Origin: Hyaloraphidium curvatum SAG 235-1 | Lineage: Eukaryota > Fungi > Monoblepharomycota | Direction of reading: 5' to 3' | NCBI GenBank assembly: GCA_025558095.1 | Contig: JAIVFI010000017.1 | Coordinates: 496,001 to 560,000, forward strand | Length of the DNA stretch: 64,000 bases | In this document: positions 13,201 through 24,600 of the stretch, one piece after another | Layout of the letters: every line of letters begins with the position of its first letter | Numbering within the stretch: position 1 is the stretch's first letter | Made by a program: the position numbers and the translations under genes | Notes under the pieces: generated by a model | Seen by the model: the letters and a program-made list of their open reading frames with translations, nothing else | What the model was told of the DNA's origin: nothing | Database searches by the model: none

Positions 13201-13480
13201 AGCCCGTCCCCCGCCCTGCGCCGCAGGCCAAGGCCGCGCCGCCCAAGGCCGCCAGCCCCGCGCCGCCCAAGGCCGCCCCGGCCCCGGCGCCGGCGCAGCC
13301 CAAGGCCGGGCCGAGCAAGCCCGCTCCGGCGCCCAAGCCCCCGCCGGCGGCCAAGCCCGCCAAGAAGAAGGGCGACGACGACGACATCCCGGAGCTCGAG
13401 GTCGGTGTTCCCGCGGGTGCTTGACATGAACGGGCGCTGACGCTTCCGTAGGACATCGACAGCGACTCGGGCTCGGACTG
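10254..13480 (+). CDS. F-box/LRR-like protein with a long acidic and Pro/Ala/Lys-rich tail carrying repeated (M/L/I)PxL motifs, ~5 exons
   Basis: DLLSLAKVCRALADAALPSLY (F-box-like end). LRR-like LRALNLS, FPHLEVLGL, LPRLRELRF, FPNLASLSL. Last exon DIDSDSGSD*. Confidence 0.65.
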
Positions 13481-13625
13481 AATGACAGGCATCGAACGGC
13501 ATGGAGACAAGAGATTGGATGGTGGACGAGGGAGCTTTTTCGAGGACGGTGTTCTGCAAGACAAGGGACGGCAACGACACTGTACCATAGCAAGGAGGAG
13601 AAAGAGATTGATTGGCCTTTGCGCT

Positions 13626-14845
13626 CTACAGCTTGGCCTGCAGTTCGTCCCGCAGCACCTCCTCCGACAGCTTCCACAGCCGCTCGGCGGCCGCCATGTC
13701 CTTGGCGTGGGGTGCGCATTGCTCCTCGGCGATCTTGCAGTCCACCAAGTATGCCCCGTTCCGGTCCGCGATTTCGGGGTCGAAGCCCGCGACGATGTGG
13801 CTGGACGCAGACGAGTGAGATTGACGGTAGCTTCGCGAACAGAGGGGTCCCACGTTGAGGTGCCGTTGGGGATCAGTTTGCGCTTGCCGCCGCGCTGCCG
13901 GGTCTTCATGAGGAACTCGAGCGCCTCGCCTTCGACGTCCCTGGCGAGGTTGGTGGTGATCCCTGCGGCGCGGATTAGCGGCGTTGGAATAGGAGGCGCG
14001 GAAACACACCGCCGGGGTGGAGGGAGAAGGATAGGATCTTGTCGCCATACCGCTTGGCAAGCTCGCGGGAAAAGAGGATGTTGGCGGTCTTGGACTGTCC
14101 GTACGCGGTCCACGCTTTGTACTTCTTGCCGTCGCCAAAGTTCAGGTCGTCGAACCGCACCGGGCCGAGCTGGTGCCCCGCGCTGGAGACGTTGATGATC
14201 CGCGACTTGAAGGCGGGCGTGCTCGCGGCCAGGAGCTTCGGCATGATGAGCATGGTGAATTCAAAATGCCCAAAATGATTGCCGGCTATTTGGCTCTCGA
14301 GACCCTTGCCCTTGGCCGCAATGCGGTAGGGGACGGCCATGATCCCGGCGTTGTTGAACAGCACGTTGATGTTTTCCTTGTATCCGAGGACCTCCTTCGC
14401 CGCCTGGCGCACTTGCTCGAAGTTCTGGAGGTCGAGATCGAGGAGCCTCAGTTGGGCACCGGGAGTGTCCTTCCTGATGGCTTCCGCGGTGTCCTCTAGG
14501 TTCTTGCGGTTCCGTCCGGCCAGCACGACAAGGTTCGCGCCCTCCTTTGCGCACACGCGGGCGCATTCCGCTCCGAGCGAGTTGGGGCTCGCGCCCGTTA
14601 TCAGAACTGGCGCAGGAAGGGCACAGGAGCAAAAGCAAAGCACAGGATGGGTAGAAGATACAAGATAAAACATAGGCAGAAGCACCGGACCGCGATTGGT
14701 CATGCAGAGAGCACGATGGACGGAGCCGGGTCAACATTGGGATGAGCGGGAGACATCGAACGAATCCACCATTCTTGCCGCGAATCTGCGCCGTGTACGC
14801 CCGAGCAGCTTCCTCCGCAGTGGTATCAAAGCCGAAGTCGGGCAT
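13626..14845 (-). CDS. Classical short-chain dehydrogenase/reductase (retinol DH/WWOX-like), multi-exon
   Basis: FGFDTTAEE, ITGASPNSLG, NNAGIM, NHFGHF, NVSS, YGQSK (YxxxK), LHPG, AERLWKLSE. Confidence 0.92.
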
Positions 14846-14971
14846 TTTGGACGTTTCTCGACGTGTTGCAGCTCGGGGCGACTCCGCACGCCTTTTGTGC
14901 TTTTGTATTGGCGATTGCCGCGCCGCGCGCCAAGCTCTCCGCGCGCACAGCTTTCGGCGGAGTTTCGAGCC

Positions 14972-15884
14972 ATGTCGCTCCTCAGTTCCCTGAAGACCAA
15001 GCTCAAATTGGGGCCGACGGCGCCTCCGCGGGTCGCCTTTGACCCGACGGACTCTCCGCTCCCGTCGGTGCTTCCGCGACCGAGCACCCTGGCCGAAGCG
15101 GACCCTCCGCACGACGACATCTTGGCCATCACACAAGCGGCTGTATTCCACCACGAGAAGGAAGCTTACCGGGAGGCACTGTACTTCGAGAGCATCGGTG
15201 CTTCGCGCGGGGACCCGCTGTGCATGTTCCTGTACGGGATGGCACACCGGCACGGCTGGGGCGTGGCCGCGGACGAAAAGGCCGGCTTTGCCTGGCTCCA
15301 GAAAGCCGGGGAGATGGCGATGCGGAACTTGAGGACGCCGTCGAACCCCGAAATGGCCCAACGGAGCCCGGCATCGCCCCAATCGAGCTACCTGAATCCG
15401 GAGCGGCAAAAGAACGAAAGGGCGGCTCTCCGTCGACTAGCCACTGAGCAGCTGACAAGTGAGTATATCCCCGTATTGCTCAGCTGACGTTCCTGATTGT
15501 TCTGCTCCAGTGGCCATCACCGAGCTCGGTCAATGTTTCCTACAAGGCTGGGGCGTCGAGCAAAACACGCGGACCGCGCTCTACTACTTTGGCATTGCCG
15601 CCGACCTGGGAGATGGCGACGCTCTGGTCGCCCTTGGAGACGCATACTACAACGGGACGGGAGTAAAGAGGGACAAGAAGGTTGCGGCCATGTACTACCG
15701 ACTTGCCCGGAAACGGGGGGCGCTGAAAGATGCTCCGGGTATGGGCTGGATCGACAAACCCAAGTACGACAGCCCGGAGTACACGAAAGCTCTGGAAGCT
15801 CTGGAAAAGGACGAGCTCGAGGCTGTTGTGCTTGGGATACAGGACGAAGCCGAGCCGGTCGGCGGACGAAAGTGGTGGCACTGA
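14972..15884 (+). CDS. Sel1-like repeat protein
   Basis: LYGMAHRHGWGVAAD..GFAWLQKA, ELGQCFLQGWGVEQN, LGDAYYNGTGVKRDKKVAAMYYRLA. One intron. Confidence 0.85.
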
Positions 15885-16118
15885 AAGTTGGGTCGCAGGA
15901 GAATGTCGCTGGAAGTTCTTGTTCATGGTTGAAGCTCTGTCGGTCTCGTTGTGGCCGTTGACTTTTCATAGACGTCAGTCTCTTGCTTTTGCTCCGAATG
16001 AGACATGAGTGATGGGTATCTTTGCCTATTGGCTTTACATGAATCGTGAGTGTGGATCGTCTATCTCTCTGGGGTCCCCAATTGTCCAATGTCAACCAAC
16101 ACCCGCAAGGTTCCCAGT

Positions 16119-17423
16119 TTAGAGAAGAGCGGCAATGGCACCTGCGGCAGCGAGGGCCGATAGACCACCGACGACGATACCGCCGGCGCCGCTCTCTTCC
16201 TTGGTCTTGGAAACGGTGCGGGTCGCCTGGGCGGAGCTCGCGGAGCTGGTCGAGGCCGATCCGGTAGCGGAAGCGGCAGCCGTGCGGGTCGCAGTGGCGG
16301 TGCGGGTAAAGGCAGCCTCGCCCTCGACGAAGCGGGCGGTGTTGAGGCACTCGGAGGGGTTGACGATCTTGAACTTGTTCTCGGGGATGACAGGCATGAC
16401 GTCGGGGGTCAGCTCCTTGACGGTGGTCTCGTAGACTGAATTGCACAATTGCGTTAATTTTCAGCATGCCTGCAATGACCGGGGAAGCGCACCATCGTGC
16501 ATGAGGGAGATGTAGCCGTCGCCGGCGGGGCTGCCGTAAGTCCACTCGTTCGGGGTCTTCATAGCACCGACAAAGCGCTGCACGGACTCGAGGACGGTCG
16601 CGTTCTTGCTGTCGAAGCTGTCAAAGTTCCACCTCAGGGCGATGAGGCCGGTCTGCTCCAGGATGGCCTTGAGGCGGAGGTCCATCTCGCCGTACGGGGG
16701 ACGGAAGAACTTGGGCGTGACGCCGAGGATCTCCTTGAGCTTCTCGATGGGGTTGACGACCTCGTCGATCATCTGGCGGGTCGGAAGGCTGGGCAGGTGG
16801 AGATGGTTGTCCGAGTGGATGCACAGGTCGTGGCCCTCCTGAGCGGCGCGCAGGACGACTTCGGGGAAGAGGTTGATTTGGCGACCTGAACGCAAGGAAC
16901 GTTTAGCACCCGCCCGCGCAGTCTCAAAGTAACAAAAGCGCGATACCCACCGACCATGCAGAGGGTGGCTTTCGTGTTGTAGCGCGCGAGTATGTCAAGG
17001 AGGTCCGAAGTGTAGTTGCTCGGACCGTCGTCGTAGCTGAGCACAAACACGTTGGGCTGGGGGCAGCTGTACACGTAGGAGTCATCGTTGCAACCGTCGA
17101 CCGTTTTCCAGTCTGGAATCAACGATCGGGTGCGGCGATGGGTCGAGGTGAGTGGTCCGGCGCTGTGACGGCGGGACGCTGCGCTCACCGAAGTAGGGCT
17201 CGCTGGTGTTCTGGTTGGGAATAGTCCAAGTCCGGCCGCGGTACGTGAACGTCTCGTTCTTGTACTTGGTCCAGTCCACGGGGTTCACGACGAGGGCGCC
17301 CCCCGAGAGACCGCGCTCGCGGAGGTGGCGGTTCTTGACGGCGTGGTCGCAGACCGGGCCATCGTGAGCCGCGGCGAGCGCAGGCAGGATAAGAAGAGGC
17401 AGAAGGGCAAGCAGGGCCGGCAT
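16119..17423 (-). CDS. CE4/NodB polysaccharide (chitin) deacetylase, secreted, probably GPI-anchored
   Basis: Signal peptide MPALLALLPLLILPALAAA. Motifs SYDDGP, HSDNH, FRPPYG, LMHD. Ser/Thr/Ala-rich stalk and hydrophobic C-terminus. Confidence 0.88.
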
Positions 17424-17752
17424 TATGGAGCCCGTTGTGCGATCGATGGTGTTGAGCTGCGCCGGTCTTTGAGGGGCTCGCGTCGCAATGTTTGGTTGGA
17501 CCCCATTCGCCGACGGCATCCGTCGATTCACCCGACCGCCAAAACTCCGGAACCTCCGGCTCGTGCTGCCTGCAGGCATTGAGCAAACTGGTGAGACAGA
17601 TGAAGTTGCTGCAATGCTTTTGGCGCACGTCTCTGATTCGTTGCTTCGCGCCTATTGCAACCCCGACGCGGCGTGGGTGACAACGGGCCTCAAGGCCGTT
17701 AGAGGATCCAGAACGAGCGACGCGTTTCCATTCTCTACACGTCGCAGCTCCG

Positions 17753-18211
17753 ATGCCGACCCTGACGCCATTTCTGACTTACACCGGCAAGGCTGAGGAG
17801 GCCGCCAAGTTTTACACATCGTTCCTGCCCGACTCCAGGATCACGGATACCGCCAGGAGCCCCGGCGACGGCTCGGTCCTTACCGTCAGCGTCGAGCTCA
17901 TGGGCCGGCCTTTTGTCTTGCTCAATGGGGGCGCGAGCTTCGCGAAGTTCGCCGAATCCTTCTCGCTTGCGATCACCTGCGACACGCAGGCAGAGCTGGA
18001 TTTCTTTTGGACGAAGCTCCTCGAGGACGGCGGAACCCCGGTTGCTTGCGGATGGATCGCGGACAAGTACGGGGTTTCGTGGCAGGTCACGCCCGCGACG
18101 CTTCCGAAGATGCTCGGGGACCCCCAGACTGGCGGCAAGGTTTTCGAAGCGATGCGAAAGATGATCAAGCTCGACTTTGCCGAACTCAAGGCGGCTGCCG
18201 CCGGACAGTGA
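17753..18211 (+). CDS. VOC/PhnB-like (3-dmu-9_3-mt family) protein, intronless, bacterial type
   Basis: LTPFLTY..AEEAAKFY, LNGG, SFSL, CGWIADKYGVSWQV, AMRKMIKLD. Confidence 0.9.
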   Translation: MPTLTPFLTYTGKAEEAAKFYTSFLPDSRITDTARSPGDGSVLTVSVELMGRPFVLLNGGASFAKFAESFSLAITCDTQAELDFFWTKLLEDGGTPVACGWIADKYGVSWQVTPATLPKMLGDPQTGGKVFEAMRKMIKLDFAELKAAAAGQ

Positions 18212-18365
18212 TGCCCTTCCAGCTGAGAATGGATGAATACGATTTGTGGAACATCTTGGACACGGGATCCGATCTTGCGCGCGGTGTGAAGAGGAATCTG
18301 AATTCAATTGAAGTCAATCTTTTCTATGTACACGGCCAACGAGAGCCCGTCCGTCAAGCGGATTC

Positions 18366-19844
18366 TCAAATGTGGTGCACGCCAACCGCCTTGCCCGCCG
18401 TCTCCCTGCGGTGCCTCACTGCCGCCTTGAACACCAGCTGAGTCCACCACAGGTTCAGCCCGCCAAAGACGACCGTGTTGAAGGCGCAGAGCAAGAGCAC
18501 CAGCGGCGGGATCTCCTTGGTCGCGCGCTTGACCAGTCCCGGATCGCGGCGGGTCGCGGAAAGCGCACCAAGTACGGCGACGGCGGCGTTCGGAAGCCGG
18601 AAGAAGGTGAAGAGGACAGCGCGAGCCGCCAGTAGCTTCGCTTCCACGTCCCGCTTCCCCGGCCACAGCCGCTGCTGGATCCAGAGCAGATTCGAGGGCA
18701 CCACCGTGAGCTCGGAGGGGGTGAAGCAGGTGGGGAACCACGCCAGGGTTTTGAAGGCCCGCACCGCGACGGCGCCGAGGATGCCGAGGACGTGGTGAGC
18801 CCAGACAGAGTAATGATCGCCCCCCAAAACCGCCATGACTGCGAGCGGGCATCAGAACAAGTGCAAAGGGATGCCAACAAAGGCTAGCTCACTGTAGGTA
18901 TCGTAAACCGTGAACCCAAGATGCCCCGCAAACAGCCAATCCAGCTCCTCGCCCCAGGCCTTCAGCTTGTCGACGCCATTGCCCCACAGAATGCCCTTCT
19001 TCACGACGCAGTACAGTCCGAGCGAGCCAACAAACAGGGCGTTGACGGTCGAAGGCAGCTTCTCCGCCAAATAAGTCCGTTCCTTGCCCTTCATGTGGGC
19101 TGCCGGCACGTGCGGAAGGATGCCCCGTGCAGCCAGGACGTGGAGCAACGAATACGCGGCCATCGCGAGCAGCGGCCTGTCCATCCGTTGGTTGAAGAGG
19201 GGCAGCTGCGAGGCGGGAATGCTGGCGGGGAAGGAGTCGGCCTTCGGGATCGGGAACTTGAAGTGCCTCGCGCCGCGGCCGGGCTGCCGGTTGTCCTCGT
19301 CGTCGGCCGAAGACGGGCTCGCCGGCGGCGACCAGTCCCTGACGGAGATGCCGACGATCTTCTCCGTCACCGTGTCCACAAAGACGGCGACCTCGTCCTC
19401 GGCGAAGCACTCGCGGTGCGTGCCGTTGGCGTGCACGATGCCGGACCATCTCCGGCCGCGGATCCACTGTTTCTGGCCGGTCGCGTCGTCCGTGAGCTCC
19501 ATCGTGTAAAAGTCCTCGCTGGCCTGCGACTCGGCGCGCCGCACGGGGGGGCCGACGGAGGTGCTGACCGCGGCTTTCGAGGGGCGCTTGCCGAAGGAGA
19601 AGAAGGTGGGCGCCGCAACGGCCTCCGGCGCGGGGACGGCCGGTTTGGCGTGTCCATTTGCGCCGTTGGCATGGTGCCCGTTGGCTCCGTTGGCGTGGGA
19701 AGCGCCGTTGGTCGGAGCACCGGTGCTCGGGTACTCCCCCAGCAGCTCCGTGGGGGACGATCCGTTCGCGGTCGTCATGACGGCCTTGTCGAGGCCGGGG
19801 CCTGCTTTTGCGTCGCGAGGAGACGTCGGCAGCGGTTTGCCCAT
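18366..19844 (-). CDS. TLC (TRAM/LAG1/CLN8) domain membrane protein with a long N-terminal extension
   Basis: EKLPSTVNA, GFTVYD, WAHH, SELTVVPSN, FTFFR, LNLWW. One intron near 18840-18890. Confidence 0.8.
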
Positions 19845-20598
19845 TTCGGAAGAGAGTCGAGGAAGGCGGAGGGGAGGTTGACTTTCCGGGTTGAAACGCA
19901 GGCGGAGGCAGCGACCACGGGAGCCGCGAGAGGCGCCGGAGTCGAGGGAACGCGCAGAGCACTTGACGAGACTATCGCAGCTTCAGAGCAGCGCGATAAG
20001 CAGGCGACAGAGGGTGTTCGCTCCGCTTGCGCTCCCGGGCCAACGCGCTTTTGCCGCCGGCCGACGCGCTCGGGCCCGGGCTCGTCCGCGGCCGGATTCC
20101 GCCGCGCACGGGCCACCGAGCGGTGTTCAATCGCCCGCTCCTGCGACGGCCTCTGTCCCGGGTCCACGAGGGCGAGGGCTGTCGATCCTCGGTCCAACTT
20201 CTACCCGGGCTCTGGGACCGAGCCACGACCCAAAAACTCAAATCCGCGCCCCACTTGCTCGTCAATATGTATCCGTCGTCAAAACGCCACATCCCGCCGA
20301 TATCATAACGAAGAGAGCAGTTGAGGTCTACCCGCTTGGTTTTTCCCATTGGACGGAGATACTGGCATCGAGCAATCCGCCCAAGATCGATTGACCAACT
20401 CAATGTTACAACAACGACATAGAGCAAGGATGATGAAAGCGGTATCGCAATCCACTGTGCGACAGGTCGAGAACGGAGCATATACTCCCGTCTTAGCTCC
20501 CCTGCCATGCGTTCATTCCGACTATGTCTTCATTCTCGAGGCATCCAGCAGCCTTCAATCCACGAAGCAGAGGCGCAAATCGCCACCCACAGCGGTTC

Positions 20599-21339
20599 TC
20601 AAACGGCAACCACGGCCGGCTGAGCCGCAACGACGTCGATCCCGCGCTCGATATCCTGCTCGAGCATGGCGACGAGCTCCCGCCCCATGTCCACCGTCTC
20701 CGCGCCGGTCCTCGCCCTTCCGACCCACTCCTTCAGCATGTCGACGCCACCGACCTCGACAAAGGCCGTTGCCGGGTAGCACCGCGTCCCCCACTCCGGG
20801 TGCACCAGCACCCCACACGACCCGACCTGCGTGATCGGGTACCGCAGCAGGCGGTGGTGGGAATCCACGTCCGGAAAGAGCGCCGGTCCCGAAGGAGAAT
20901 GGAAGGGCAGGCCCGTTGGCGGGTCTGTAAAGTCCAGGAAGACGCCGGACGAGTCGGCGAGCGTGGCGAGCCGCGCGAGGAGAGAATGGAGGTACTCGAG
21001 GCACAGATCCCGCTCTCTGTTGACGTCCGAATCCCAGGCCACGAGGTCCTGCACAGTCGGCTGGTAGACGCAGACGACGCAGAGCGAGTCCAGGACGGGT
21101 TTGGGGATCGACGGGAAGACGGGCTGCAGCTCGCGGAGCAGCGCCCGGGGAGGGGCATGGATCGAGATCTGGAACGTCCTGGCGTGTGCAGGTATCCTCG
21201 AGCCGTCCGGCGGGACGAACCGCGGGGCGCAGAGGGTCGGCAGGAGCAGGACCGAGCCCGAAGTCCGCGACGGCAAAGGGGGCATGTCGGAGTCTCTGGA
21301 GGTCTCCGTGGGAGCCGCAGAATGAGCTACAGGGTCCAT
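20599..21339 (-). CDS. MMADHC: Cobalamin trafficking protein CblD (MMADHC family), intronless
   Basis: ISIHAPPRALLRELQPVFP, ERDLCLE, DFTDPPTGLP and GSCGVLVHPEWGTRCYPATAF match the CblD signature D-P-x-(S/T)-G ... C-x-V-x-x-H-P-x-W-G. Confidence 0.85.
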   Translation of the reverse strand: MDPVAHSAAPTETSRDSDMPPLPSRTSGSVLLLPTLCAPRFVPPDGSRIPAHARTFQISIHAPPRALLRELQPVFPSIPKPVLDSLCVVCVYQPTVQDLVAWDSDVNRERDLCLEYLHSLLARLATLADSSGVFLDFTDPPTGLPFHSPSGPALFPDVDSHHRLLRYPITQVGSCGVLVHPEWGTRCYPATAFVEVGGVDMLKEWVGRARTGAETVDMGRELVAMLEQDIERGIDVVAAQPAVVAV

Positions 21340-21677
21340 GACCCGGCAGACGAAGACCAGGAGGCCGAATAAAGTCCTGAACGAGGCAGAGCTGTGCAGG
21401 AACAGCTGCGGAGAATGAGGATCGAGCGCTGATCGAGTCACGTGACGTGTTGAGCCCAGTTCGCGCAGCCCGGCCGCGCCCCAAACTGACCTGATTGCTT
21501 CTTCTCTGGTCGCCGTTGCGTTTGCCGTCTGGACTTCGTGGGCGGCGAGCACGCGGCCCCGAGGTCGAGTTTGTGTGCGGCGCAAACCCGGCGGAGCAAA
21601 CTTCCCTCCCGGCGGCGTCGCCTCCGCAGTCTTTCTCTGCCTGAGCCAGGAGGCCCGGGCGCCCAACTACCGCCGAC
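21340..21677. promoter_or_regulatory. Putative bidirectional promoter between cblD and metH (338 bp between ATGs)
   Basis: Inferred only from the divergent starts. Contains a TCACGTGA palindrome at 21438-21445. Confidence 0.45.
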
Positions 21678-24600
21678 ATGGCACCCAACGGCGTCAACGG
21701 CCATGTTAATGGCCTGCCGAAAGTCGCCGCCGGCACAGTCGCCGGCGTGGAGCGCTACGGGATCGCGGGTGGGTGTCCTGGGACCGGTGGAGCGGGCCAC
21801 GTGCGTGGGCGGGCTGCCGGCTGTCGGGCCCGCTGGGTCGCAATCTCGGCGCGAGCTCTGCGGGGGGCAAGCAATGCCCCGGTGGACCTGTCCCGAGCGG
21901 GCGCGGACATGGGTTGCGATCCGTTGGGCATTGTTTACTCGACCTGCGGGACGCGGGAGGCGACCCTCGGGGGCTGCTCTGGTGATCTGCTGGGCTTTTG
22001 CGCCTCGGCAAGCGATCGGAAATGAGCCGCACAGTCGCCCGCTGCCGCATTTGCCGGCGAACGGGACGCCTGCCATGTTGATCAGACGGCTCCTGTGGAG
22101 CTGGGCCGTTGCCCCTCCTCTACCCCCTCTTCTTGAGCCTAATCTTCCCTTCCCTTGCAGATCTCGGAGCTTGGTTCGAGCAGGAGCTGCAGAAGCGGAT
22201 CATGTTCATCGACGGCGCCATGGGCACCATGATCCAGAAGCACCGCCTGCAGGAGAGCGATTTCCGCGGCGACCGGTTCGTGGACCACCCGAAGGACCTG
22301 AAGGGCAACAACGACCTGCTTTCCATCACGCGACCGGACGTCATCAAGGGCATCCACGCCGCGTACTTTTCCGCGGGCAGCGACATGGTCGAGACCAACA
22401 CCTTCTCGTCCACTTCCATCGCTCAGGCCGACTACAAGCTTGAGCACCTGGCGTACGAGCTGAACTACGCTTCGGCCAAGGTCGCGCGCGAGGCCGCGGA
22501 CGAGGTCTACGCCAAGGACCCCTCCCGCCCGCGGTTCGTCGCCGGCGCCATGGGCCCGACCAACCGGACGGCCTCCATCTCCCCGTCGGTCGAGAACCCC
22601 TCGTACCGCAACGTGTCGTTCGAGGAGCTCGTCGAGGCCTACGCGGAGCAGGCGCGCGGTCTGCTTGACGGCGGCGCGGACTTCCTGCTCGTCGAGACCA
22701 TCTTTGACACGCTCAACGCCAAGGCCGCCCTCTACGCGATCGACCTGCTCTTCACGGAGCAGGGCTACGCAAAGACCCCCGTCATGATTTCGGGCACCAT
22801 CGTGGACAACTCGGGCCGCACGCTGTCGGGCCAGACCGGCGAGGCCTTCGTGTCCTCGGTCATGCACTCGAACCCGACCGCCATCGGGCTCAACTGCGCG
22901 CTCGGCGCCGAGCAGATGCTGCCCTTCATCCAGCGCATCTCCAAGGCCGCGCCCTGCTTCACCATCTGCTACCCGAACGCGGGCCTGCCCAACACGTTCG
23001 GCGAGTACGACCAGGGCCCGGAGCACATGGGCAAGCTGGTGCGCACCTTCGCCGAGCTCGGCCTGCTCAACATCGTCGGCGGCTGCTGCGGCTCCACGCC
23101 GGACCACATCGCCGCGCTGTACGAGTTCTGCAAGTCGTACGCGCCGCGCAAGCGCCCGACCAAGCCGCTCGAGCACGCCCTCGTGGTCTCGGGCCTCGAG
23201 CCCCTCGTGATCCACCCGAGCACGACCGGCTTCGTCAACGTCGGCGAGCGCTGCAACGTCTCGGGCTCGCGCGTGTTCGCCAAGAAGGTGCTCAACGGCG
23301 AGTACGAGGAGGCGCTGGCCATCGCGCGCGCCCAGGTCGAGAACGGCGCCCAGGTCATCGACATCAACATGGACGAGGGTCTGCTCGACGGCAAAGCGGC
23401 CATGACCAAGTTCTGCAACTACATCGCCTCGGAGCCCGAGATCGCCAAGGTGCCGCTCATGATCGACTCGAGCAACTTCGAGGTCGTCCTGGCGGGCCTC
23501 AGGTGCGCGCAGGGCAAGTGCATCGTCAACTCGATCTCGCTCAAGGAGGGCGAGGAGGACTTCATCAAGAAGGCCAAGGTCGTGCACCGCTTCGGCGCCG
23601 CCGTCGTGGTCATGGCTTTCGACGAGGAGGGGCAGGCCACGGACGCGCAGCGCAAGTTCGACATCTGCAAGCGCTCGTACGACATCCTGACCAAGCAGGT
23701 CGGCTTCGCGCCCGAGGAGATCATCTTCGACCCCAACATCCTCACCATCGCGACGGGCATGGAGGAGCACAACAACTACGCGGTTGAGTTCATTGAGGCC
23801 TGCAAGCTGATCAAGGCGCACCTCCCCGGCGCCAAGATCTCGGGCGGCGTCTCCAACCTGTCCTTCTCCTTCCGCGGCAAGACCGTCATCCGCGAGTCGA
23901 TGCACTCTGTGTTTCTCTACCACGCCATCCAGGCGGGCATGGACATGGGCATCGTCAACGCCGGCGCACTGCCCATCTACTCGGACATCCCCGCGGACCT
24001 GCTGCAGCTCTGCGAGGACGCCATCTGGAACCGTGACCCCGAGATCACGGAAAAGATCCTGGCCTACGCCGCGCGGACGGGCGAGAAGAAGGGCGAGGCC
24101 GCTGCGGAGGAGGAGGAGTGGCGCAAGGGCGACGTCGAGTCGAGGCTCTCCCACGCCCTCGTCAAGGGGCTCACCAACTTCATCGTCGAGGACACGGAGG
24201 AGGCCCGGAAGAACTCGGAGCGCTACCCGAGGCCGCTCAACGTCATCGAGGGGCCGCTGATGCAGGGCATGTCGATCGTCGGCGAGCTGTTCGGGACCGG
24301 CAAGATGTTCCTTCCTCAGGTCATCAAGAGCGCTAGGTGCGCATTCTCTGGCTGCTCGCAAACTGTTTTGCGCTGACTATCCAGCACATTCCAGGGTCAT
24401 GAAGAAGGCCGTGGCCCACCTCATCCCGTTCATGGAGCAGGAGCGGCTGGAGAACCTCGCCGCCCGCGGCATCGACGCGAGCTCCGCCGAGTCCGCCGAC
24501 TCGGCCTACAACGGGACCGTCGTTCTGGCCACCGTCAAGGGCGACGTGCACGACATTGGCAAGAACATCGTCGGCGTCGTGCTCGGCTGCAACAACTACA

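Noticed and set aside
12460-13380. Gly-rich and Pro/Ala/Lys-rich repeats
   Set aside because: They are low-complexity coding sequence of the F-box/LRR gene, not a separate element.
21640-21660. GAGCCAGGAGGCCC resembling the 3' AGYCAGxAGACCTGCC end of cobalamin riboswitches
   Set aside because: The match is partial, with no upstream GGGAA, T-loop or GCCACTG elements.
21769-22160. Canonical TPP, SAM-I/II, SAH or ZTP riboswitch in metH intron 1
   Set aside because: I could not find their signature nucleotides by eye. Only the non-canonical structure is reported.
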